Below are positions 38,724 to 48,080 of a DNA stretch of 64,000 bases, one piece after another. Source of the stretch: a candidate division WWE3 bacterium RIFOXYC1_FULL_40_10 (lineage in GTDB: Bacteria > Patescibacteriota > WWE3 > UBA101185 > UBA10185); contig MEWB01000001.1 in NCBI GenBank assembly GCA_001773215.1, positions 678,099 through 742,098 of the forward strand. Direction: 5' to 3'. The position numbers were made by a program, and so were the translations under genes. How positions within the stretch are numbered: the stretch's first letter is position 1; every line of letters begins with the position of its first letter. The notes beneath the pieces were generated by a model, which was not told the DNA's origin, searched no databases, and was given only the letters and a program-made list of their open reading frames with translations.

Positions 38724-39617
38724 TTAATACTTAAGGTATTTTTTAATTGCAGTATAACTACCCAAGTATCCAAGAAACACCCCGGATAACACGACTGCAA
38801 TAAATACCAAAATAGAAAACACTATTAAGGGTAAGTTGACATAATAGAGAAAACCAAACGAGATTGATCCGGGGATAAACCCTACCTTAGCCAGAACAAG
38901 GTCGAGTATCGAGAGTAGTGCTGAAGAAACAAAGGCTGAAAATAGGCCGAAATATACCCCCATCCTCACCAAAGGCGACATAACATAGTCATCTGTAGCT
39001 CCCACCAGCTTCATTATTTCAAACTCCATCCCCTTGGAATTAATTGCGGTTCTAAGTGTCACTATGATAATAGAGTAGGAAATCAGTAGAAACATTCCTG
39101 CCAAAACAAATCCACCGATATAAGCAATTGTCGAAAATAGCCTAAAATTAGCAATGGCATCCTTGAAGTATTTCACTCCTCCGGGTTCGACTCCGTCCAA
39201 AAGTCTTAGTTCTTCGGCAACCGGCTCTATCTCGCTCAATTTATATATATTTACATTTAAACTAGCGGGCAAAATCTCAGGACTTAGTGCCTCCAAAATA
39301 ACTTCATCGTTCTTATTAAGCTCTTTAAAAATTTCATAGGCCTGCTGTTTTGATACATATTCTACCGACTTTATTTTGGGATTGGATTCAAGCCTGGCTT
39401 TTGAGGCTAATATCAATTCCTCACTGTAATCGTCTTTAAAAAAGACTGCAATTCTAACCTGATCCTCAAGGGTTCTAACAAAAGTTTGGGAAAAAGCCAC
39501 AACTCTGATAAAAAGCCCTAGAACCATGAATGTAATGATCATAACAAACAGGTTCGATACACTTAACAAACTCTCTTTTTTAACATCTTGCATCATTCTG
39601 GTAAAAGATTTAACCAC
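38724..39617 (-). CDS. ftsX: Cell division permease FtsX
   Basis: Four TMs, VEYVSK..A, LPAS, EIMKLVGAT; downstream of ftsE. Confidence 0.92.
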   Translation of the reverse strand: MVKSFTRMMQDVKKESLLSVSNLFVMIITFMVLGLFIRVVAFSQTFVRTLEDQVRIAVFFKDDYSEELILASKARLESNPKIKSVEYVSKQQAYEIFKELNKNDEVILEALSPEILPASLNVNIYKLSEIEPVAEELRLLDGVEPGGVKYFKDAIANFRLFSTIAYIGGFVLAGMFLLISYSIIIVTLRTAINSKGMEFEIMKLVGATDDYVMSPLVRMGVYFGLFSAFVSSALLSILDLVLAKVGFIPGSISFGFLYYVNLPLIVFSILVFIAVVLSGVFLGYLGSYTAIKKYLKY

Positions 39618-40293
39618 GGTATTTTCCCCCTTTCTTATCAGATAATAATCTACCCTCTTCAATTCTAATTACGCGCTTCTTTAGTCTATCCACAATGCCC
39701 TCATCGTGTGTAGCCATAATTACTGTGGTACCAAGTGAGTTTACTTTTTCCAGTATCTTAACTACCTCAGCAGACGAGTCTGGATCAATCATTCCCGTGG
39801 CTTCATCAGCTATCAAAACGTCAGGCTCGTGAGCTAGCGCTCGGGCAATGGATACTCGTTGCTTTTCACCCCCGGATAACTGCCTGGGATATTTGAACAT
39901 TTTTTCAGTTAAACCAACCATGCTCAACACGTTTGGCACTACATTTTGAATTTCGTAAGTAGGCGAGTCAACTACCTCCAAGGCAATTGCTACGTTCTCA
40001 AAAATGTTGCGGGATTCGAGCAATTTAAAGTCCTGAAAGACAACCCCAATTTTTCTTCTGTATGTAGCCGTTTCATCCAATGTGAGGCCCAAAACACTTT
40101 CATCATTGAATAATATATCTCCTCCGTTAGGAGATACCTCCCTTAGAAGTAATTTAATTATCGTAGATTTCCCAGCTCCCGAAGGACCTACAAAGAATAC
40201 AAACTCTCCTTCCTTGATCTTAAAAGATACATCGTCGAGTACGGCAAAACCGGCTTCATACTCTTTAACTACGTTTTTAAATTCTATCTGCAT
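39610..40293 (-). CDS. ftsE: Cell division ATPase FtsE
   Basis: GPSGAGKST, RRKIGVVFQDFKLL, LSGGEKQRV, GTTVIMATHD. Confidence 0.95.
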   Translation of the reverse strand: MQIEFKNVVKEYEAGFAVLDDVSFKIKEGEFVFFVGPSGAGKSTIIKLLLREVSPNGGDILFNDESVLGLTLDETATYRRKIGVVFQDFKLLESRNIFENVAIALEVVDSPTYEIQNVVPNVLSMVGLTEKMFKYPRQLSGGEKQRVSIARALAHEPDVLIADEATGMIDPDSSAEVVKILEKVNSLGTTVIMATHDEGIVDRLKKRVIRIEEGRLLSDKKGGKYRG

Positions 40294-40294
40294 A

Positions 40295-40714
40295 TTAGTT
40301 TGTAATTATAAGTTTATCCACTAACAAAATTTGGGAATTATCATCAGGGGAGGTAGTTAACTTCCCAACAACACTTACATCTAAACCTTCGGCAACGGAT
40401 AACTTGTCATCGTATGATCTTAATTTTAGCTCACTGCCATCAAATTGCAAAAGCGCATAAATTGTATCACCGGTACCCCCTATATAAATTATTCTCCCTT
40501 GCCTGGTTACAAGCTCCGGCTGCTTGATTATTCCCTCCTGGACTTCTGTATCGGATCCAATCTGTTCAGGTTTAGTTAATCTGGAATTTATAAAATAACC
40601 TAGGGTAAAGCCAATTACCAGAAAAATTATGAAAAGCACAATCAATAGATTAATAAGTTTACGGCCCTTTATTGCTTCGGCCTTGTCGTATGTATTTCTG
40701 AGCAGATCTAACAT
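40295..40714 (-). CDS. Single-TM hypothetical protein
   Basis: N-terminal TM plus a beta-rich domain; TATAAT 8 nt before the ATG. Confidence 0.65.
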   Translation of the reverse strand: MLDLLRNTYDKAEAIKGRKLINLLIVLFIIFLVIGFTLGYFINSRLTKPEQIGSDTEVQEGIIKQPELVTRQGRIIYIGGTGDTIYALLQFDGSELKLRSYDDKLSVAEGLDVSVVGKLTTSPDDNSQILLVDKLIITN

Positions 40715-40764
40715 GTATATACATTATACAAAGAGAAACCTCATAAAGTCGAGAAAGACTTTTA

Positions 40765-41172
40765 ATGTACATAAAAACTAAAATTATCTCAAAGACAAGG
40801 CAAGTTTTTGGCCAAACATACTATCTTTATGATAATTGTTCTAAATACATCTTGAGCATCAATTTCCCACCCTCCACAAGCAGTTCGCAACCTTACGCTC
40901 ACGATACAATCATTAGAACCGTGGCGGGCATGGGAGGAAAGATAGCCGGAATTAGGATTTACCGATATCAAAACAAAACAGAGTGGTTTTATGCATATTT
41001 AATTATTAGACTAGATAATGATTTAATTGAAATCAACATATCCTGTGAAGACGCCTTAAAAATTGCTCTTCACGAAAAACTACCTATTTGGGTACAAAAT
41101 AAAATCCTAAACTCTGTTGGAATCAAAATTACTAAGTCATTGCTAGAATCAAGCCTAAACCACCCTATCTAA
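40765..41172 (+). CDS. Bifunctional nuclease (DUF151)-like protein, divergent
   Basis: P.AHD, FYAYL, EI....DAL.IAL....PIWV...IL...G resemble DUF151. Confidence 0.6.
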   Translation: MYIKTKIISKTRQVFGQTYYLYDNCSKYILSINFPPSTSSSQPYAHDTIIRTVAGMGGKIAGIRIYRYQNKTEWFYAYLIIRLDNDLIEINISCEDALKIALHEKLPIWVQNKILNSVGIKITKSLLESSLNHPI

Positions 41173-42253
41173 GGTATCTCTCGATATTTATGTTGTGCTC
41201 CTCTAAGGTAGTAGCGTAATGGGTATTTCCCTGCACATCATTTAGATAGAAATAATAAGGCGTTTTGCTGTTCTTTAACACAGCCTCGATTGCCGAAATG
41301 CTGGGACTGCAAATTGGCTCCGGGGGCAAACCCTTATTTTTCCGGGTATTATAAGGGCTGTTTAAGTTTAACTCGTCCTCAGTTAAATCGTGAGGCCACC
41401 AACTGTAATCTAGCATCGTATCAAAGGTAACCACACATTCGTACTTGTTGCACAGTCTGTTTGGAGCCACAACATACTGTGTAGTTGCATCAACATCCAG
41501 CTTCATATCCTCTTTCAATCTCTTTAGCATAATTCCTGCAACTATCTCCCTATCTTCCTGCAGTCTTACTTCCCTTTCAACCAAAGAAGCCATTACGATT
41601 ATCTGTTCTTTCGTCAAACCAAGCTCCTCCTCATGAGAAGGTAATATCAAATCTTTAGTTTTTTTGGCAAAGGTGGTTGTTAATATTTGTAAAAGTTGCT
41701 CCTCGTCGGTATCCAATGCTAATTCGTAAGTATCGGGGAAAAGATACCCTTCATAGGGTTTTGCCATCTCAACGAACGTCTCGTATTCCACCTTGTCTAA
41801 TTTACTGGCTGCCAACCGCGCGAATTCTTCGACTCTCCAGCCTTCTAAAAAAGTGACTTTTGTGTCATTTACACCATGTTGAAACATCTCTGCCAAGTCG
41901 ACTACAGTTGCACCGGCCGGTATTGTGTAAATCCCCGCTTGAATGCTATCTGCCATGTTGTTGGAAAGTAAGTAGACCATAAATAGAAACCTGGAATTTA
42001 ACACCTTGGCCTCAGATAAGCTCTGTGCAATGTCGGGTAAACTGTCACCATGTTGGATTTGAAATCTAACTTCCTTAATTGAAGGAGATGGCCTAAGAAC
42101 GGCAAATTTATAATAAAAAAAAGTTAATATTGGTAAAAGAATAAAAACTACCGGGATAGCTATCAAGATCAATTTCTTTTTGGCAGTGTTGCTTAGTATG
42201 TGGTACTTATTAGGATCAAGCTCCGGTACGGAGCTGTTTATTTCATTTTGCAC
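41165..42253 (-). CDS. mltG: Endolytic transglycosylase MltG
   Basis: TFLEGW, EGYLFPDTY, MASLVERE, L.VDAT.QY, SPYNT....GLPP.PI.SP, EEH. Confidence 0.95.
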   Translation of the reverse strand: MQNEINSSVPELDPNKYHILSNTAKKKLILIAIPVVFILLPILTFFYYKFAVLRPSPSIKEVRFQIQHGDSLPDIAQSLSEAKVLNSRFLFMVYLLSNNMADSIQAGIYTIPAGATVVDLAEMFQHGVNDTKVTFLEGWRVEEFARLAASKLDKVEYETFVEMAKPYEGYLFPDTYELALDTDEEQLLQILTTTFAKKTKDLILPSHEEELGLTKEQIIVMASLVEREVRLQEDREIVAGIMLKRLKEDMKLDVDATTQYVVAPNRLCNKYECVVTFDTMLDYSWWPHDLTEDELNLNSPYNTRKNKGLPPEPICSPSISAIEAVLKNSKTPYYFYLNDVQGNTHYATTLEEHNINIERYLR

Positions 42254-42340
42254 TATGCAATAATATCATATCTCCTGAAGAGTCGGCCGCACCGGAGACT
42301 ATGGGTTTACTTCTTGGCACTTTGTGAGATAATGGTCGAA

Positions 42341-42665
42341 TAGGAGGATGACTGATCGCCCGCCATTGGTGGGAGGAAAGTCCAGGCTGCACAGAGCAAG
42401 GGACGGAGGGTAACCTCCGACGGGTAACCGCTGGTGGTTGAGGGCCGAAAGGCACTCAACACGGAAGGTGAATTAACATCTTCTGAGAGCAACAGAGACG
42501 ACCGAATTCCTTAAAAGGAATTCGTATGAAACGGGCAATCCCACCTGCAGAAATCCACGAATTTGCCGTCGAGTCTGCTCGGCAATCCGCCATTGGCGGA
42601 ACGGCATAAAGTTGGAGTTTAGATAGATGATCAGATAAAACAGAACCTGGCTTACGGTCCTCCTA
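42341..42665 (+). ncRNA. rnpB: RNase P RNA
   Basis: P1 TAGGAGGA/TCCTCCTA, GAGGAAAGTCC, GCAACAGAGAC, TGAAACGGGCAATCCC, ACAGAACCTGGCTTAC; GATAAT 7 nt upstream. Confidence 0.93.
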
Positions 42666-43652
42666 GTCTTGATATTGTAAAACTCTTTTTAGAATAATCG
42701 AAAGAATCATCATTAACGGAACAGCCGTAATGGCACCCAACAATCCAAATAGCTCTCCACCGACTAACAAGGCAACCAGTATAGCTAACGGACTAAACCC
42801 TGATACCTTTTCCATGATTTTGGGCACTAAAAAGCTATTTTCCATTTGTTGAATTATTGTAAACAAAGCCAAAACTCCAATTCCCTGGAAGTTGGAAACC
42901 GAAAAGCCAATTATTGCAGACAAAATTGCGGCAATTACCGGACCTATCATGGGTACTACCTCCAATAGGCCTGCTACTATTCCCAAGGCCAAGGCAAATT
43001 TAACTCCTAAAATTTGGAGTCCCAAAAAGCTAAACAAACCAACAACAAACATCAACAACGCCTCCCCCTTCACCCAGTGGCCAATGCTTATTTCGATTTC
43101 TTCAATTGCACCTCTTACTTCAACTTCTATTTTATCCGGCAAAATATCGTACAACTTTCTTTTAAGATTCTCCCAATCCAAAGACATATAAATTGACAAA
43201 ACCAAAAGGCTAAAAACTGAGAAAATATTTGAGAAAAGGAAAACAGTAATTGAAACTACACCGTTTGAAACAGACGTCGTTGTAGGCAATAAGTCCGTGA
43301 AGGTAATCTCGGAAGCTCCGGGTATTTGATATTCCTGAATAATTTGTGCCAAGCTTAGTAAAAGTACTCTTCCCTGATTTAGTACCGGGGGTAACACTAC
43401 TAATAATATAAAAGCCGCCACCAAAACAAATAAAGCATAGCTAACTAAAACCGCCAGTCCCCTGGAAACGGGTCTATTCCAAAAAGTCATTTTCATTAAA
43501 TATTTGATTCCCGATTCGATTGCTAAAGATATAAAAAGAGCTAAGAGGAGTGTGCTGAAAACAGCAGAAAGCCGGTAAATTATCAATCCAGCAACAACCA
43601 TAAGTGCAGTTAAAAATATCGTTCGTATTGAGATAACCAAATTTTTGTCCAT
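42663..43652 (-). CDS. AI-2E family transporter
   Basis: W.KG...LM, LE.VP.IGP, IQQME...LVPKIM....G.SP, GG.LFG..GA..AVP. Confidence 0.92.
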   Translation of the reverse strand: MDKNLVISIRTIFLTALMVVAGLIIYRLSAVFSTLLLALFISLAIESGIKYLMKMTFWNRPVSRGLAVLVSYALFVLVAAFILLVVLPPVLNQGRVLLLSLAQIIQEYQIPGASEITFTDLLPTTTSVSNGVVSITVFLFSNIFSVFSLLVLSIYMSLDWENLKRKLYDILPDKIEVEVRGAIEEIEISIGHWVKGEALLMFVVGLFSFLGLQILGVKFALALGIVAGLLEVVPMIGPVIAAILSAIIGFSVSNFQGIGVLALFTIIQQMENSFLVPKIMEKVSGFSPLAILVALLVGGELFGLLGAITAVPLMMILSIILKRVLQYQD

Positions 43653-44561
43653 TTAGGCGATTATATGTGCTTTTGCGTCTTCGCGCCAGTCTTTTCTCGA
43701 AATATCAAACCACTGAATATCCGCATTTTTATTAAAATAGGTCTTCTGCCTTCGAATGTAAGCATGCAGATCGAACTTTGCTCTTTCTTTTTCACCGGAT
43801 AACGCGGATTTATATACGAGGCCCTGCAATCTATGTGAATTTCCATAACCTCTTGCTCTCAAGTCCGAAATTTCGGCAAGTAAATTATCCCAAATACTTT
43901 CCAGCCATATATCCGCTCTTGAAAACAAGAGCTCATTAGGCCCTGTTAAACCTAAATAAGTGAAATTTACATCTGTTAAATAAGGTAACTTGGCTTTATT
44001 GGTGACTTTTTGAGCAAGCAAAATTTCTAGCGCTCTTACTAGTCGAGGTTTGTTGGATAAATCCGTTTTCTTTGCCGTATCTTTAGATAAATCTTCCAGC
44101 TTGGTTGCCAACTCCACCACGGACATGCCATTAAGCAGTTTTCTCAATTCAAAGTTTGGTTCAACATTAGCTGGAATTACTCTACCTGTAAGTAAATCTA
44201 TATAAAAACCGGTTCCTCCCACAATATATACTTGCTTATGTTGCGATAAAAGTTTAGCCGCTGTCTCTAAAGCATATTTGGCAAAATCATAAGCCGAAAA
44301 AAACTGCTCAGGAGTAATTAAGTCGTATCCGTATATATCAACACCTTGTATAGTCCATTTACCATCATTTTTATGAATATCTGAAGCCTGAGCCAAATCG
44401 ATAGGCAATTTTCCGGTTCCGTAGTCCATATATTTGACTATCTGTCTGGAATCGGCCGATATTATGCTCCCCCCTGTTTGCTTACAAACTTCAAGCATTA
44501 AGGAAGTTTTTCCCGTTGAAGTAGGTCCCACCACTAGTTGAACTGTTTTCGTAGCTGTCAT
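43653..44561 (-). CDS. miaA: tRNA dimethylallyltransferase
   Basis: GPTSTGKT, ISADSRQ, GTGK, VGGTGFY, RL.RALE, Y.RRQ.T. Confidence 0.95.
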   Translation of the reverse strand: MTATKTVQLVVGPTSTGKTSLMLEVCKQTGGSIISADSRQIVKYMDYGTGKLPIDLAQASDIHKNDGKWTIQGVDIYGYDLITPEQFFSAYDFAKYALETAAKLLSQHKQVYIVGGTGFYIDLLTGRVIPANVEPNFELRKLLNGMSVVELATKLEDLSKDTAKKTDLSNKPRLVRALEILLAQKVTNKAKLPYLTDVNFTYLGLTGPNELLFSRADIWLESIWDNLLAEISDLRARGYGNSHRLQGLVYKSALSGEKERAKFDLHAYIRRQKTYFNKNADIQWFDISRKDWREDAKAHIIA

Positions 44562-44653
44562 ACCAGAGCATTATACCAGACCCTATAGTTGCAGTGATGG
44601 GCTAAAAATGCTACCATGCGAAAAGAAAACAAACTGATTATTTGGAGGTTGAG

Positions 44654-44971
44654 ATGAAAACGGAAAAGAAGGGTCGCCTGATGGTGGCCTCAATGTTCGG
44701 AACTTTGGTTTTTATTTTGGTAGCAGCGGTAATCGTATATTCGATTCAAAACGCCCTTTTGATCAATGGCACGGGCCCAAATGCTGCTATCAACGCAAGC
44801 GCCTGGATTTTATACTCGCTTATCGGAATCTTCTCCGCGTTTAACATCTTCGGATCACTTCTTCTGGTTTCTATAAGTAAGTGGGAAAATGTGACATATA
44901 AGCAGGCTTTTTGGTTCGGAGTATATCGCGGATGTATCCCAACGATAAAAACCTTGCTGAACAAGTACTGA
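44654..44971 (+). CDS. Two-TM hypothetical protein (ORFan-like)
   Basis: GGAGG SD at 44644-44648; lies antisense between miaB and miaA. Confidence 0.6.
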   Translation: MKTEKKGRLMVASMFGTLVFILVAAVIVYSIQNALLINGTGPNAAINASAWILYSLIGIFSAFNIFGSLLLVSISKWENVTYKQAFWFGVYRGCIPTIKTLLNKY

Positions 44972-44986
44972 TCAAAGGAGTAGGAC

Positions 44987-45268
44987 ATGAACAGTAGTGG
45001 CAAAGGAACTTGGGGTTTTGTCGGGCTTATCATATACCTTGTTCTGAGTATCCTTCTGGGACCGGTTTTGCTGATAAGCAACAGCTATCCCGCTTCCACA
45101 CCCGAGGTTATCTTTCTCATAATAGGCTTCGGATTTTGGGCAGTGGGAATGCTGGGAAACGTTTACGTCGTGACGGAAGAAACAGAAAAAGAACGTCCTA
45201 AATCTCGGTTGCAAATGCTTTTTTTGGGTATTGCGGGATTCGTCAGGATTAGGGAATATTTGGTTTAA
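44987..45268 (+). CDS. Membrane hypothetical protein (ORFan-like)
   Basis: AAGGAG SD; hydrophobic. Confidence 0.6.
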   Translation: MNSSGKGTWGFVGLIIYLVLSILLGPVLLISNSYPASTPEVIFLIIGFGFWAVGMLGNVYVVTEETEKERPKSRLQMLFLGIAGFVRIREYLV

Positions 45269-45287
45269 TCACACCGGCCGCTGAAAA

Positions 45288-46415
45288 TTATCTTTCGGCG
45301 GCTGTTTTTTTCCAAGCCTTTGTCAAAAAATCATGTCTCCACTTCTTTTCCTCGCGCGGAATATCATCTTTCATAGTTTTTTGCGCAATCGTCCCCTTTC
45401 GCTCGGAGTACATAGATATAAATGCGACATTAAAATGTACTCTTTCGACCAAGCTAACGGTATCCATAAATTGCTCTCTCGTCTCACCCGGAAACCCCAC
45501 AATGATATCCGTTCCGATCTCCATGCGGGGTCTGACCCTGTATATTTGTTCCACTACCCCTATAAAATCCTCCACACTATGCCTACGATTCATCTTTTTC
45601 AGGATCTCGTTATTTCCCGACTGAACAGCTATGTGTATGTAATTCTTTATTTTTGGATGCTTTAGTACATTAACCAGGTCAGAAGTAAAATCAAAGGGAT
45701 TAGAACTTATAAAATCAATTTCTTTAACACCCTCAATTTTGAGCAGCGCTCTCAATAGGTTGGCGAAAGGTAACTTTTGGTTGCTACCCGCCCTAATTTT
45801 GAATTTCTGCTTCTTTGCCAATCCCCACGAATTTACATTTTGCCCGCACAGAGTGAATTTTGTAACCCCCTGTTCTATATAGCTACCAAATTCAGCTAAA
45901 ATTTCCGCTTTTAATCGAGAAATCTCCTCCCCTCTTGCGTAAGGGACGACACAATAAGTACAGAAATTATCACAACCTGTAGAGATGTTTACGTAAGCGT
46001 GGCCACCACCAAAAGAAACCGATTTTAAATTATTAGTTTTGGGTGTGGGTAAAAATAAATCCACCCAAGGGACTTTTCTTTTCAAGTCGTCCAAAGAGTA
46101 TCTGGATCTATCTCCACACGCACTACCTACTACACACCCTGTAAGTATTATATAGGGTTTTTTCCTCATGCCTTTCAAAGTCTTGCCCAAGCCGTAAACC
46201 TTATCTTCACTCTTTTGCCGCACCGAACACGAATTTATGATAACTAAATTAGCACTTGAAAACACGTACTCGTCCTCGGCCTTTGCGTTCTTAAACTCTT
46301 TCTTGGATAAATCCAATGGTGTGAAACCCAGGTTCTCGAAAATCCCGGCGATATTTGCCGAATCCGCCAGATTTGCCTGACAGCCATAGGTTTTTATGAA
46401 GTAGGTTTTAGTCAT
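45288..46415 (-). CDS. miaB: tRNA methylthiotransferase MiaB, lacking the TRAM domain
   Basis: TYGCQ.N..DS, NSCSVR, CDNFCTYCVVPYARG, GQNVNS, QSG...LKKMNR, DIIVGFPGET; near miaA. Confidence 0.9.
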   Translation of the reverse strand: MTKTYFIKTYGCQANLADSANIAGIFENLGFTPLDLSKKEFKNAKAEDEYVFSSANLVIINSCSVRQKSEDKVYGLGKTLKGMRKKPYIILTGCVVGSACGDRSRYSLDDLKRKVPWVDLFLPTPKTNNLKSVSFGGGHAYVNISTGCDNFCTYCVVPYARGEEISRLKAEILAEFGSYIEQGVTKFTLCGQNVNSWGLAKKQKFKIRAGSNQKLPFANLLRALLKIEGVKEIDFISSNPFDFTSDLVNVLKHPKIKNYIHIAVQSGNNEILKKMNRRHSVEDFIGVVEQIYRVRPRMEIGTDIIVGFPGETREQFMDTVSLVERVHFNVAFISMYSERKGTIAQKTMKDDIPREEKKWRHDFLTKAWKKTAAER

Positions 46416-46422
46416 AGAAACG

Positions 46423-46504
46423 GGAGCAGCTCCAACGCTAGAGCAGCTCCGACACGTCTGAATATACAGCACACGCGGGTTTTGTAAACTCCCGGAGCTG
46501 CTCC
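46423..46504. repeat. Three copies of palindrome GGAGC(A/T)GCTCC
   Basis: 46423-46433 GGAGCAGCTCC; 46440-46450 AGAGCAGCTCC; 46494-46504 GGAGCTGCTCC. Confidence 0.75.
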
Positions 46505-46513
46505 GAAACGCCA

Positions 46514-46542
46514 TTGACTAAATGGCCAAAACCCAGTAATAT
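46514..46542 (+). promoter_or_regulatory. sigma70 promoter of rpmH
   Basis: TTGACT-17nt-TAATAT, 9 nt before the ATG. Confidence 0.7.
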
Positions 46543-46551
46543 CACCACGTT

Positions 46552-46710
46552 ATGGCAAAAACAAGAAGAACATGGCAACCGAAAAAACACAAAAGAGCAA
46601 AAAAGCACGGATTCTTAAAAAGAATGCGTTCTAACGGCGGTCAAAATATTCTAAAAAGAAGGCGACTTAAAGGCCGAAAGAGACTAGCAGTAAAACCATC
46701 GAGCAAGTGA
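46552..46710 (+). CDS. rpmH: 50S ribosomal protein L34, not in the ORF track
   Basis: [52 protein letters not shown]; upstream of rnpA. Confidence 0.97.
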   Translation: MAKTRRTWQPKKHKRAKKHGFLKRMRSNGGQNILKRRRLKGRKRLAVKPSSK

Positions 46711-46723
46711 TAAAATTCACCCA

Positions 46724-47071
46724 ATGTTAAAAAAAGAAAATAGAATTGTTAGCGACTTTGAATTTAATGTTACCCGCAAACACGGGAAAAAAGTTTTTGG
46801 CAAATATTTCACCTGTTGGCTTTTAACCCCCCGAAACTATTCCGGACCTTTTAAAGCGGGTATAGTAGTGCCCAACAAACTAATTAATGTAGCCCCCAAG
46901 CGTAATTCGCTGAAAAGAAAATACCGGGAACTTATCAGAGCTAATCCCCAATTTTTTAATGATAATTCCTGGTGCGTATTTCATCCGAAACTGGAGGCGT
47001 TGGAAAAAACCTATGAAGAACTTAGTATTGACTTTATTGAAACTTTACAAAAAGTATCTGTCACCGATTAA
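46724..47071 (+). CDS. rnpA: RNase P protein component
   Basis: ML.KENRI...EF, G.VV..K...A.KRN.LKR..RE (RNR motif). Confidence 0.92.
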   Translation: MLKKENRIVSDFEFNVTRKHGKKVFGKYFTCWLLTPRNYSGPFKAGIVVPNKLINVAPKRNSLKRKYRELIRANPQFFNDNSWCVFHPKLEALEKTYEELSIDFIETLQKVSVTD

Positions 47072-47225
47072 TTTCGGCCTAAACACTTGCAGATTCACCC
47101 CGAGCTGTGCTGACTATACTATTTTAGCGGTGGAAAAATACGGTGTACCAAAAGGAATAACTATGGGGCTGTGGCGTATAATACGCTGCAACCCTTGGAA
47201 TAAAGGCGGAGTCGACAACCCCTAA
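47013..47225 (+). CDS. yidD: Membrane protein insertion efficiency factor
   Basis: Y...LSP, CRFTPSC..Y, RIIRCNPW..GG.D. Confidence 0.95.
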   Translation: MKNLVLTLLKLYKKYLSPINFGLNTCRFTPSCADYTILAVEKYGVPKGITMGLWRIIRCNPWNKGGVDNP

Positions 47226-47249
47226 TGTCCAGCGTAGAATAAACCGATT

Positions 47250-48041
47250 ATGATAGTAACTTTATGGAATACGATTTTAATACACCCAACCGTTAACGTG
47301 CTGGCATTACTCCACAGCCTAACAGGAAACTTGGGTATAGCCCTCATAATTTTCACAATACTCGTAAAGATTATAGTAATTCCTGTTACACTCCCACAGA
47401 TGAAAATGGCCAAAAAGCAACGTGAACTGCAACCCGAATTGGAGAAGATCAAAGAAAAATTTAAATACGATAAAAAGAAAATAGCTGAACTGCAATTGGA
47501 ATTATTTAAAAGCCACGGAATCAATCCGGCAAGTGGCTGCCTAACAACCGTTATCACCTTAGTTCTGCTTATAGCCGTATACAATGTAGTCACAATTTTC
47601 ACCAGCGGGAAAGACGTGAGCTCTTTAAATCAAATGCTATATTTCCCTCAGCTTAGATTTGAGTCTCTTAGTCAAATAAATACTAAATTCTTATATTTAG
47701 ACCTCACAAAGCCGGACCCGATATTTTTGATACCAGTTCTGGCTTCGGTTTTACAGATATTAACAACAAAGGTTATGCTTCCAATGTCGAAAGACTTTAA
47801 GAAACAGGCACAAAAGTCTCCTGAAAAAGAAGATGACTTGATGGTAGCGATGCAAAAGCAAAATATGTATCTAATGCCCATAATGTTCTTCGTGATAGGT
47901 TTAAAATTGCCGTCAGGTGCAATGCTGTATATTTTGATATCGACATTACTCCAAATAGTTCAAACGGTGTATTTTAATGGTTGGGGAGACCTGCAACCCT
48001 TGATAACCAAAATAAGAAACCTAGCTCCTAAAAGAATCTAG
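47250..48041 (+). CDS. yidC: Membrane protein insertase YidC (short form)
   Basis: GIALI.FT, LQPELEKIK.K, GINP.SGCL, LPSG..LY. Confidence 0.93.
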   Translation: MIVTLWNTILIHPTVNVLALLHSLTGNLGIALIIFTILVKIIVIPVTLPQMKMAKKQRELQPELEKIKEKFKYDKKKIAELQLELFKSHGINPASGCLTTVITLVLLIAVYNVVTIFTSGKDVSSLNQMLYFPQLRFESLSQINTKFLYLDLTKPDPIFLIPVLASVLQILTTKVMLPMSKDFKKQAQKSPEKEDDLMVAMQKQNMYLMPIMFFVIGLKLPSGAMLYILISTLLQIVQTVYFNGWGDLQPLITKIRNLAPKRI

Positions 48042-48080
48042 CTTGAATAAAAACCGTTGCTGTGTTAAAACGTAGAACGT

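Noticed and set aside
42243-42492. Two short minus-strand ORFs (70 and 61 aa)
   Set aside because: They are antisense to RNase P RNA
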